Position numbers and translations under genes: made by a program
In this document: positions 9,215-19,800 of the stretch, one piece after another
Numbering within the stretch: the stretch's first letter is position 1
Layout: every line of letters starts with the position of its first letter
From: a virus
Lineage: Duplodnaviria; Caudoviricetes
Reading direction: 5' to 3' (one strand)
DNA length: 46,559 nt
Virus record (IMG/VR): IMGVR_UViG_3300020042_005148
Location: 1 to 46,559 of that record
The notes under the pieces: generated by a model
The model's input: only the letters and a program-made list of their open reading frames with translations
Database searches by the model: none
Told to the model about the DNA's origin: nothing

Positions 9215-10497
9215 GTCAAGCCCGTCCCATCAATTTGCCAGGTGGTTGCAGTTGTCTTAACCGCAACTGCCCGACCATTCGCCGCTAGGGTTCTCGTCCC
9301 AGTCGATCCCGTTCCTGCCATCGTCAACGTATCCGAAGTAATGGCAATGGAAACTGCATCAGCAGCCTCATTAATAAACATCAAGGCTGTCCCAATGGGA
9401 TAAGCTACCGAAGCATTCGCTGGGATAGTGTACGTATCACCAGAACCTGCACCACTTGCATGGTAGATGTGCTTGCTTGAGTCAGCCAACACGCACGTAT
9501 AGTTCCCCGTCTGCGCGTTCTGCGGGACCTCTTTATACCCCACTTCATACGAACCATACTTGAATACACCAGAATCATCAAGTGTAAGTCGAAGCTGGAT
9601 TGCAGTATAAAACTCCAGTGTGTTATTGTTGTTATTCCAGCCAATCTGAGCTTTTTCTGCATTAGCCTGGTTGAACTTTAGTGCAGGGAAACCAGCGGCA
9701 CCACCACGAACAATCAATGAAGGATTTCCTGTATCACCAACATAGACAGTGTTCGACGCCGCAACAATTGCAATATCTTTTCCAGCGCCAGTACCCAATG
9801 CCGCTGAACGAATCTCGAAGGCCCATCCACTAATACCATCCAGCGTCCAGCCAACTCTTCCCCGTTCGTAGTTACTCGCATCTGTTCGTGTGCGATAGAC
9901 TTGTACTGTCTGCTCATTAGTCGAGTTGTACATCTCCAGTAAGTTAGCCGTATAATACAACCCTGCTCCGGCAAGAGTTGATGAACTGTTATACTGGATC
10001 TGTGTATCTGATCCACCAGGTTCACCCCCACCAGCGGCACCCGTTGGTCCGGTAGCGCCTGTAGGACCTGTCACCGAAGGACCTGTAGGACCAGTAGGCC
10101 CCTCAACGGTAGAAGGATCGCCAGTAGGTCCTGTAGGACCAATATCACCAGCGGGTCCTGTCGGTCCTGTAGGCCCGGCAACAATACTCGCAGCACCTGT
10201 TGGTCCGGTTGGTCCCGCTGGTCCCGTCGGTCCAGTTGCACCAGTCCCTGTTGGCCCTGTTGGTCCAGTTGGTCCCGTAGCACCAGCTCCACCAACAAGC
10301 TCTGCTAAGTCTTCAAGTGTTCTAACTCCTGTGCCGCCATTAGCGACCTCTAAAGGAGCATCAGCAGTCAGAGCCGTTCGTGCATCTGCCTTTGTTGCTG
10401 CATTCCCAAAGACAGTTTCTTTAATTACATCAACTCCGTTCAACCACCAAGATGAAATAGTCGGTCCAACGAAGTCCACAAAGCTTTGAAGTGCCAT
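9211..10497 (-). CDS. Tail fibre 3 with Gly-Pro-Thr collagen-like segment
   Basis: Shared MALxxFV..GP..WLN.VD..GGTGVR anchor; GPT triplet runs; C-terminal [16 protein letters not shown] domain. Confidence 0.8.
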   Translation of the reverse strand: MALQSFVDFVGPTISSWWLNGVDVIKETVFGNAATKADARTALTADAPLEVANGGTGVRTLEDLAELVGGAGATGPTGPTGPTGTGATGPTGPAGPTGPTGAASIVAGPTGPTGPAGDIGPTGPTGDPSTVEGPTGPTGPSVTGPTGATGPTGAAGGGEPGGSDTQIQYNSSSTLAGAGLYYTANLLEMYNSTNEQTVQVYRTRTDASNYERGRVGWTLDGISGWAFEIRSAALGTGAGKDIAIVAASNTVYVGDTGNPSLIVRGGAAGFPALKFNQANAEKAQIGWNNNNNTLEFYTAIQLRLTLDDSGVFKYGSYEVGYKEVPQNAQTGNYTCVLADSSKHIYHASGAGSGDTYTIPANASVAYPIGTALMFINEAADAVSIAITSDTLTMAGTGSTGTRTLAANGRAVAVKTTATTWQIDGTGLT

Positions 10498-10509
10498 TGA
10501 ATGCTCCCT

Positions 10510-12588
10510 TTAGCGAAGGTTGAAGTCATTGTTACGAGACAACGGCCCTTCAAACTCAAAAGTAAAACTGACGATTGGAGCCTGGGATTCCACCGTGGTA
10601 GCTGGCGGAGCTAACACATGAACCGTTAGCAAACTAAGCGCGTTGCTTGTATATGCTCCAGTAGGAAGGTTTGCTCCTGCTGATTCTCCGTTAGCCCCGG
10701 TCCACCCAACATTACCTAAGAAAGTAGATTCTCGAATCCCTGCCGTTTTACAGTCAATCGTCCAACTAGGTACGTGGTAATTCGGATACAAGGCTTCAAG
10801 GTACAACACACAAGAGGCGTCTGCACCTGTATACGGCCGAACTACCTCAACGAATATCCTTTTAATTCTGCCGTAAAGCAAAAGATTATCTACAATGTTA
10901 GTGTCTCCAATCACATTGTGTGGAACCAGTATGTCCTTATATGAAATTTTATCGTGAGCGACACCACCCTCACCGGATAATCCTGGACCACTAAAGTTCC
11001 TGATGTTTTGGTAGTTAAACATTGGGGGTTCATCACTAATACCCAAGTATTCATTACCTGTTAAAGGAGCTTTAGTGAAGTGAATAACCAAGTTTGCAAC
11101 GGCGTCAGAACCTGTAATGGATTTAATGATTCCGTATTGTCCAGTAATACGTCCTGTAGCATCGCCCAAGATGTCAACTCGTTGCCCCACAAAAGAGGAA
11201 GCAAGTATCCTAGCACGATCCATAGTATAATCCCAGTTTGTAATAGTCAGGGTGGATGTTGCTTCGGTCCAAGCAACTCCAGTAGTTCCTAACTGAATCT
11301 GTTGGAAATTAGGCTGTTGTAGCTGAGTATTAGCTCCAAAGGCTACGTTGTAATGCGTGCCGCCGATGATGTTAACTCTCTGTGCCCATCTAAACCCCTC
11401 TTGAATACTAGGCACATTGCAGTTTAGTACTTCCAAACTACCGACTGGTGATACTAAATACCCACTGTGGAGAGTTGAGTTCCTCAGTGTAACATTCTGC
11501 ATACCAGCGCAAGAATCAAACTCTGGAAATATGACTCCATTTTCCCAGATCATATTGACTACTAACTTGTCAAACTCAGCGTAAATGAGATCAGTACACC
11601 CATCAAACTTATGGGTATGTCCCGCCACAGAACAAAAAGAAGGAGCCGTGCAACGATTAAACTCCATGTAATAGCCAGAAGCATAGAGAGGCGGCGCATC
11701 TCCAGGCACACCTAGAACCTTATTTGGAGCTGTCCAAGTAATGTCGTTATACACATGGCGAATATTGAACTTATGATAGCGTTCAATCTTATAGATGTTT
11801 GCACGCCCATCAGTCCACTCACTTGCAGCCAAGTACGGTAGATCCGATTGATAAGCAAACTGTAAAGGACGATCAAAAGTAATTACTCCTGTATCGCCAT
11901 CTACACTGGTTACCTCAACAAAGTCATAATATCTCATACAAGGCGGCAAACCGCCCCACTGCATATCATGACTAGCAAGCATAACCATTTCGCCTGCTTC
12001 AAACTCCAAGGCCTCTGCAGCCGTAACACAGGTTATTTCTGTTGCCCCCACAGCAGACGACTCTATCAAAAATCTGTTACCTGTACCCCACGGAATTGGC
12101 GATGCACTCCAAGGAGCAAGAAATACAATAATACCTGTACTTAAGTTAGTAATCGTACAGCCATTACCGTTAACAATCAGGTTCTTAATGCCCTGTGTCC
12201 AAGCATAGCTTGTACAAACATACGTAGCAGTTGGCTCCATATTCAGGATAGCTACGCCAGGTGCGTTAAGTGCTTCTACTTGGAAAGCCAAGAAAGCCGC
12301 AGTGTCGTCTGTAACACCATCCCCTACTGCACCGAAGTTACTGATATCCCAGATACTACTGCCGCCACCAGTAATGTAAGGATCCAGGCTTGCAGCTAGA
12401 TCAGGAAGTGTACGTACTCCTGTACCTCCGTTTGCTATTTCAAAGGGAGCATCTTGAGTCAGAGCAGCCCGTGCACCTGACTTACTTATCGCATCGTTGA
12501 AGATGGTAAACTTGAGCTTGTCCACAGCATTAAGCCATGCGGCAGAAACTGCGGGACCAATGTAATCTACAAAGTTGAAAAGTGCCAT
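10510..12588 (-). CDS. Tailspike / putative beta-helix depolymerase
   Basis: Shared anchor, then FGAVGDGVTDDTAAF, the typical entry into pectate-lyase-like beta-helices. Confidence 0.78.
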   Translation of the reverse strand: MALFNFVDYIGPAVSAAWLNAVDKLKFTIFNDAISKSGARAALTQDAPFEIANGGTGVRTLPDLAASLDPYITGGGSSIWDISNFGAVGDGVTDDTAAFLAFQVEALNAPGVAILNMEPTATYVCTSYAWTQGIKNLIVNGNGCTITNLSTGIIVFLAPWSASPIPWGTGNRFLIESSAVGATEITCVTAAEALEFEAGEMVMLASHDMQWGGLPPCMRYYDFVEVTSVDGDTGVITFDRPLQFAYQSDLPYLAASEWTDGRANIYKIERYHKFNIRHVYNDITWTAPNKVLGVPGDAPPLYASGYYMEFNRCTAPSFCSVAGHTHKFDGCTDLIYAEFDKLVVNMIWENGVIFPEFDSCAGMQNVTLRNSTLHSGYLVSPVGSLEVLNCNVPSIQEGFRWAQRVNIIGGTHYNVAFGANTQLQQPNFQQIQLGTTGVAWTEATSTLTITNWDYTMDRARILASSFVGQRVDILGDATGRITGQYGIIKSITGSDAVANLVIHFTKAPLTGNEYLGISDEPPMFNYQNIRNFSGPGLSGEGGVAHDKISYKDILVPHNVIGDTNIVDNLLLYGRIKRIFVEVVRPYTGADASCVLYLEALYPNYHVPSWTIDCKTAGIRESTFLGNVGWTGANGESAGANLPTGAYTSNALSLLTVHVLAPPATTVESQAPIVSFTFEFEGPLSRNNDFNLR

Positions 12589-12600
12589 TTCATGGTCCCC

Positions 12601-13323
12601 TTAAGAAACGCCGGTGCCGCTGATCTGCCAGTCTGATATGCCCTTGGTTAAAAGAGCGCATCCATGAGCAGCTATTGTTCTGGCTCCAATGCTAGTGCTT
12701 CCTGCTAAGCGAATATTATTGGTTCCGTTAATGACGCTGACTGTCCATACAGCACCAGCACTAGACTTTAAGTTCTGCAGATAAAGGATAGAACCTGAAG
12801 GCCACGGATCTGCTTCGTTTATATAGATGGCTAAATTACCACCGTCATCCCTACCACAAACTACAGCGTGTTGGTTTAGTGAAGGAACAAGAGTTAGTTC
12901 ATACCCAGGACTTTTTGGTACAAGTGAGTAGTTTGTGTAAACAGTTCCCATTGGACCTGTTGGACCAGTAGGACCTGTTGCTCCTACACCAGGGCCTGTT
13001 GGACCTGTTGGACCCGTTACACCAGGCAAACCTACTCCTATTGGTCCAGTAGGTCCGGTAGGTCCAGTAACCCCTGTCGGTCCCGTGGGTCCCGTAGCCC
13101 CACTACCAGGAACAACACCTAAGGCAGCTACCAAATCCTCATACGACCGTACCCCTGTACCACCATGCTCTACCTCATAAGGTACGTCAGCAGTAAGTGC
13201 CGCCCGTGCTTCGGCCTTCGTTGAAGCATCCGCAAACACAGTAAACTTTAGTCGGTCAACTACATTAAGCCATGCCGCCGATACAGCAGGGCCTGCTTTT
13301 GCTACAAAGTTTTGAAGTGCCAT
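12601..13323 (-). CDS. Tail fibre 1, short collagen-like fibre
   Basis: Shared anchor; GPT repeats; C-terminal domain homologous to that of 9211..10497 (G.RT.AA.G.A..K...WQI.GTG). Confidence 0.78.
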   Translation of the reverse strand: MALQNFVAKAGPAVSAAWLNVVDRLKFTVFADASTKAEARAALTADVPYEVEHGGTGVRSYEDLVAALGVVPGSGATGPTGPTGVTGPTGPTGPIGVGLPGVTGPTGPTGPGVGATGPTGPTGPMGTVYTNYSLVPKSPGYELTLVPSLNQHAVVCGRDDGGNLAIYINEADPWPSGSILYLQNLKSSAGAVWTVSVINGTNNIRLAGSTSIGARTIAAHGCALLTKGISDWQISGTGVS

Positions 13324-13337
13324 ATTGAATCCTCTAA

Positions 13338-13826
13338 TTAAACATTTCCAGGAGTACTACAACCAGGTATAGCTTCTCCGGGTATTCCTGTGCGTCCTTC
13401 AAGTGTACAAAAACTGTCTGGAATATTTCCAGGTATCAAGCATCCAGGAACCGCAAAACTAGGGATACTGGTTGACCCTTCAATTGTGCAAAGTTCTACC
13501 GGAGGGTTCACAGGAGGATAGTAAACACCAAAAGAGCCGTATGAATCTGGAATCATACAGTCTGGCATTGCGTAGTCAGGTATTGCCGAGAGGCCCTCTA
13601 GACTACAAAAGTAAATCTCAATGTCTTTTGGAGGTTGAGTCCAAGGTGGCGTAATGTGTTCCTGTACACCCTGAACAAAGTCCTGTGGGTGACGGTTCTC
13701 ATTATGCTCCCGACAACGGTACATCCCCTGCCAGTTGCGCACCATGCTGGAAGCCTTTCGCTTCCTGCCACACATGGAGCATATGGCATTCCAGTCCCCT
13801 GGACCAAAAAAGTCGCGGCGGCTCAT
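13338..13826 (-). CDS. Cys-rich protein with N-terminal Zn-finger-like domain and three C-terminal repeats; putative fibre adaptor
   Basis: CSMC..CREH; three CxxEGxxxIPxxAxPxCxxP repeats; sits between ejection protein and fibres. Confidence 0.55.
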   Translation of the reverse strand: MSRRDFFGPGDWNAICSMCGRKRKASSMVRNWQGMYRCREHNENRHPQDFVQGVQEHITPPWTQPPKDIEIYFCSLEGLSAIPDYAMPDCMIPDSYGSFGVYYPPVNPPVELCTIEGSTSIPSFAVPGCLIPGNIPDSFCTLEGRTGIPGEAIPGCSTPGNV

Positions 13827-16800
13827 TTGTGCTCCTTCGGGGGTTCGTAATCATACCGCAGATGTTCCTTGCTGGACTTAGCTAAGAAGTCTTCTTGCTG
13901 GTCCGGTGTCATTTCGTACCAGTGCTTGTCCAAGATGCGCTTCTGTTCCTTCCAAGGTAGACGAGAGAACATCCGAACAGCAGGATTCGCGTCACTCAAA
14001 AGACCCTTCTCGATACGGGCAACTTCCTGGGGAGACAGTTCATACTTCTGTTCCATCGCATCCAGGATCGTATCGTACTCCGGCGAGTTCGCTTCATACG
14101 CCTGCTTGAGCTTCGTGCGATCAGCGGACATTGCAGCCTGGTCATAAGGCGTCAGTCGAGCGTTGTACTTCTGGAACGTAGCCTTGATGTCACCATGCAC
14201 AGGCGTTTCCATCAGGTACCTGGGGGCAGGCTGGAAGCCCGCAACTGCCATTGCACCGCGGACGGAGGTGATTGGTTCACCCGCCTTCTCAGTAGCTGTG
14301 GCACTGATCGGCTGGACATCCTTGAAGATGTGCAACAACGTCTGTTCCAGCTGCTTGAACTTCGGGGCATTGGGATCACGAATCTCCCTGCCCAGTCCAT
14401 CGACCCCAGTAATAGTCGAGCCTACCAGTCCAATGACTCCCGAAGCTTTGTTCTGTACAAGGTGAGTCAACCCCGACACAACCCCCTCGTTCTCCATGTG
14501 CTTTTGGATAGCGACAATTTCCCTGGTGAACATAGGAGTCGTGATTCGCTTGGGGGTGCCGTCGGCATTCTCTCCACCAGACTGTGGTGCAAAGTAATCC
14601 AACATGGTCTGGGGCCACTTACCTGTCAGGGCCATCATGATCAGACCACCATAGAGGGCTGACAGACCAATGTAGTAAGTCGAGTAGAAAGCCTTGTCAA
14701 GTTCCCCTGCTTTGATCTTGGCGGGAATCGTCCCTTCCTTTAGGGCCAACTCTCCAACCTGCACAGCCCCGCCGCCGAACTCTCGAATCAACCCCATCTG
14801 CCAACCAACCGACAGAGTGTTCAGCACCGCGATGTCCTTAACTGTGCGGTTCCAGAACATCGTGTCGTAGGACATCTCACCAAAGCGGTTGTCCACAGAC
14901 TTGGCAAGCTGGCGAAGAGCCATTCGTCGAGCGTCGGGATTGCTTACCAGTTCGGGGTTAACCCGAAACGCTGTCGCTACGTCCCGCATGTACGCTGCAA
15001 TCTTCAGCTGCGGAATCCAGATATGGAACATAGGCTGCTGCAAGGAGCCAATGATGGCGAAGGGCAACTTGAATGCCGCCGATCCCTTCTTCCCCTGCTG
15101 GACAGCGTCCATGAACCTGCGACCAATGGTGATCCTATCCTGCGCTGCCATACCAGGAACCATACCACCCTCTGCCATGTACTGCAGAGCCATCTGTTCG
15201 CCCGATGACAGTTCTTCCTTGCCGAGCTTACCCCAGTACGCTTTGAGGATACGGGATGCGGGGGACTTGTAAGTCCATACACCAGACAACGGAGTCAACC
15301 CGCGCACAACATCGGGCAACCAGTTCTTGGGGTTGACGTTCCCTGTCAAGATGTTTTTGGTTGCTCGTGTCAGTGCGGCGGCATTGTTTGTAACCAATCC
15401 CAAGTGAACCGGGTGAAACAAACCAAACAGCCTGATCGCCACGGTGTAGTTCTTAACATCCATCAAGCCCCGGTACAGATCACCCACTGGGCCTTTAAGG
15501 GTCCACATGGATTGCGTATCAAAGGCATTGTGGAGAATCTCCATCGCATCCTGGTGAATCCAATAGAGCTTGCCATTGGGAGACCGCCGAGGATCGGGGG
15601 AGAATCCATCAGGTGAATCCTCTCCTTTCTTTATCACCTTCGCAAGCCCGTGCTTCTCGAGGTCGTTCAGCATCTCAATCCGCATATGAGCTACGTTCGA
15701 AGCATGCTGACGAGCCATGAAGATATCTTCCGGGTTCTCAAACCGCGGAGGATACTTGGGGCTACCGTCAGGGTTCTTCAACTTGGACAGGTACTCGTAG
15801 CTCTCAGCCAACCGATTCTTCATGAAGTACGGATCACCCCACTTCGCACCATAGCGTCGGTGGAGTTCCTCGGCTACACCAGCTTCATCTTCGAAAAGGT
15901 GGGTGATGTAGTTATCCCGAGGGTCGTATTCAATCCCTGCTTTCTGGTCAGCCTTGAAGATCTGATTCGACCAGTCCCGATAGAAGTCTGCAATTTTGTT
16001 AAACGCATCATCAGAGAACTTCGCACCCTTCTCATAACCTTTGATGAAGTCCCAGGACCTGCCGATGTTCTTGTTCCAGAACTCACGACGCTTGCCCGAT
16101 GGAGCTTCAATGGAAGCATCCCGTGCTTTGCGCGTGGCAATGGCGGCAGTGACATCAGCCCCCGCAATCTCTGCTTCAGGGCTGAGGGACTCGGGAACAA
16201 AGTTCCTCACGAAGTATCGGACGTACTCCTTAACCTTACCCTCAGCAATCTTCCAGCCAGGAACCTTCTGCGCGAACTCATGGGCCATTGTGAAGGCCGC
16301 CGAGATATCGTCGCGGGACAATCCTGACGTATAAATCGTCGGTTCGGTTCCCCACTTGGCAGTAGCCTTGCCCTTGGCAGAGGGAACCATCTCTGCAGTT
16401 GCTTCGGCAGTCCCATCAGCAATCTGCTGAATGGTAGCTCTAACGTCCTTGACAGTCCCTTTCGTACCCGCAACTTTGTCTTTCTCCTTGCTGAGAGCGC
16501 CCTTCTCAATCAAGTACCCTTCAGGCAGGTGATATTCATGAACCTCTGAAGGCTTAACTTCATAAGGCTGTTCATCCATTTCATGCCAGCGATAGACCCG
16601 GTCTCCATCTTCCAGAGCATCGAAAACTTCCAGCATAGACTTAGGTTCGTAAACGTCACCAGACTTAGTGAGCCTTCTAAGTCGCTCTGTCGTCAAGTCC
16701 GTAGGCTCATCATCCATCCTACTCGGTCTCGTCACCTTCATCCCAGGACTCAGATCAACTCCTTCCCTCGTCTTGCCTGCGGTCTCATCTAGCAAGGCAA

Positions 16801-19800
16801 ACGAGTGGTGCATGACCTCATCAAACAGCTTCGCTTGCTGTTCGTCCTTCACTCCAAGCATTTCCCTGAGCGACCGAAGCAGTCGAGTCATGAGAGTGGG
16901 TTGGGCCTTATGGGTCTTCGAAGCATACTTCTCTGACTCAACCAGGAACTTGTGGAAGTTTGAATTGGAAAGGGCTTCCGCAACAAACTCCACCGGCCTA
17001 CCAGCATGCTCCATATCCCCACGAAGTCCATAGAGATCGAAGTACTTCACCCCGTCAACCTTCTCCATTGCCCTGGCTCGACGGAGGGCTTCTTGACGAA
17101 GCACGACAAGCCGCCGAACGGACGGATGGTTGGGGTACTTGTCGATGAATCGAACAGTTCCCGCATGAGCAACCTCATGAACAAGGTGAACTGTGGTCAT
17201 AGCGTTATTCGGGTCGAGCGCAGACGTGATCCTGTGGGCACCGTTGAAGTACAGCGCACCAGCATCTATGTTGGGGTTCCTACGAATCGGGACATCATCT
17301 ACCTTATCCCGAAGAGTCTCTAACAATCCACGTAAGGCTGGATTGTACGTCTTGGAAGACATCTGATCCAGGAGCTTGTGAGAAGTCGTGACAGTGTACG
17401 AACGCGATCCGGCTTGTCCAGGACCAGGGGAACTTTCAATCATATCTGCATAGATAGGTTCCATTGCCTGAGCAAGACCCATCCAGGCAGGATGTGGGGT
17501 ATTTGGTACTACCGCTGCCCGCTCAGGAGTACCGCCACTCTTTCCGGTCGCACCCCTTTGTTCAGTAGCTCTACCGCCCGCATCAGCTCCTTCGAGTAAG
17601 CGTTGCCCGGCTCCTGCTGCTCCGCCATTTCTGCGGTTCCCCGCAGCATCCCCCGCATCGCCTCTACCGGGTTGGACGCTTTCAGAGCTATCCTTGAAAC
17701 TGTTGCCACGAGCTCTCCCGTTTTCGAGGAGCCTCTTTCCTTCAACGATGATGTCTTCATACTTCATAGCCTCCTGAACAAAGTTGTGACGAAAGCGGTC
17801 GAAGTTAAACCCATACGTAGTGTTCGTTTGTGAGTCAAGCTTGAACAGGATTCTCTGCATTTCCTGCGGGAAGCTCTCGTCGTGGTTGCGAACCTTGTGG
17901 TGGGCCAACTCATGCAGCATGGTTCCCAACATACCATAGCTGGCTTCGACGGGATGGGTCGCTTCGGCGGCGAAGGGATTGATGAAGTTCCCCGAGAAGG
18001 GAACCCGAATGGAAACGCCGCGATAGGTAGGGTCAATGGAGATGCCGACGGCCTCGTTCTTAAGCTCAGGGTAATCCATGATCTTGGAAACCATATCCCG
18101 CAACCGCAGGAAGGAGTCTCCTACATGATGAAGATACTCGTTGTAGCGAGGACCGAAGGTATCGGCCATCATGTTGTTGAAGGGGACAGCTACGTCAGCA
18201 GAAGACTGAACGTCAGTATTGTCATGAACCATAACCTCATAAGGCTTGATCATCTTCTGATCAACCTTAAGGGCATTGGTGTCAGGAATAGCTGCCTTGA
18301 GTTCTTCTGGCTTCAGCTCTGGCATCTCCTTACCATCAACCAAAAGTTTCCCTTCGTGGACTGTTACCTGGGAGCCTTCCTTGATTACGTTGAAGGTTCC
18401 TTTGGGGGCAGGAATAACCGGCTTAACTTCCTGCATAGGAGTCGCAAGGACTTTATCACCTGCTTTACCCAGGTAACGAATAGTCCCAAAGCTTTGCGCT
18501 TCACCCTCCAAGTTACTGTAAGCATACAAGGCGTTGATGTGATCCATCACCTTGTTGAACTCGGTAGATGCAGTCTCCGTGAAGTTCTGTCGGTTGAAGT
18601 TGAATGGATACCCCGGATCTTCTGGGCGTACACTAGGATTGATGTCTACGTAGAACTCGTAAGGGAGAATCGGGGACCACCTATTAGCGGGATCCTTAGT
18701 TACCTTCCGAGAAAACTGCCAGAGACCATTGGACAGCACATGGAGGTTTTCTCCCCACGTCTGACCCGTCGGCTTCTTGGTCACATAGATCCGAACATTG
18801 CCCCAATCAAACTTGGCGTTGACGAAGTGAGTGTACTTGTCGTGCTGGAAGTGCTCACCAGTTTCAACAGTACGACCATTAAAAGTCACCTCAATGGGGG
18901 CGAATAGAGGGCTGAAAGCTAACGGCTGAATGTCCTTTGAAGCCGTATAGTTCCGCGGCATCTCTATACGCTTAGTCTCGCCACTGGCAGGATCCTTAAA
19001 GCTTTCGGGAATCGTCAGCTTGATAGACGTTCCGTGACCTTCCATAAAGAGTGCACGGTCTGCTGGAGTGGGTTGCCTTACAGTGATAGTAGGTGCCAAC
19101 TCTGGGTTTTCCAGAGCGTCGAACAACTGCTCACCAGTCGTCTTCATCTCCGAAACTTTACCATCCCGCATGCTGATTACATGAAGGTCCTTGTTGCCGT
19201 AGAGAAACAACATCTTGGCAATGCCGAAGCCGCCCGATGCCGCGCCACCTTCCTTACCTGTACCAGCAATCTCCAGGAACTTGGTTCCAAGGATATCCGG
19301 TCCCATGCCTACGCCATTGTCCACCATGTGAACTGTACGAGCATCGGAGTCCGTCTTGATATCAATTCGATTGGTCTGCTTGTTGCCAAGATTAATACTG
19401 GACTTAATCGCGTCGTAAGAGTTCTGGAGAACTTCCTTGATCGTTGCGACAGCCATGTTGGTCGGATCGCCGTAGAGCTGTGGACCCAGCATCTTCGCCA
19501 TGCGACGGGCGTTTACACCAGGACGGCTGCGGATCTCCTCACGGGAAGGCTGGGTGTCCATGCCGCCAAGCTCTGCCCGATCGCCCTCACTGAGTTCATC
19601 CTTGGGTGCGTTATCCCGCATCACCTTGGCGAGGCGATCAATCACGGGTTCTTTGAGTACAGGTACTCCTGGAGGGGGTGGTTCACCGTCATCAGGCTTG
19701 GTACCCTTAAGCTGGGCCAACAGTTCATCGGCATTGACAGCAGGCTTAGCAGCCTTCTTCAGTTCCTTACGAAGACCCCCTGTAACGTCCTTGACGTAAC

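Noticed and set aside
9211-13323. Diversity-generating retroelement, suggested by the BPP-1-like head genes
   Set aside because: No reverse transcriptase and no template/variable repeat pair differing at adenines; fibre similarities are ordinary paralogy
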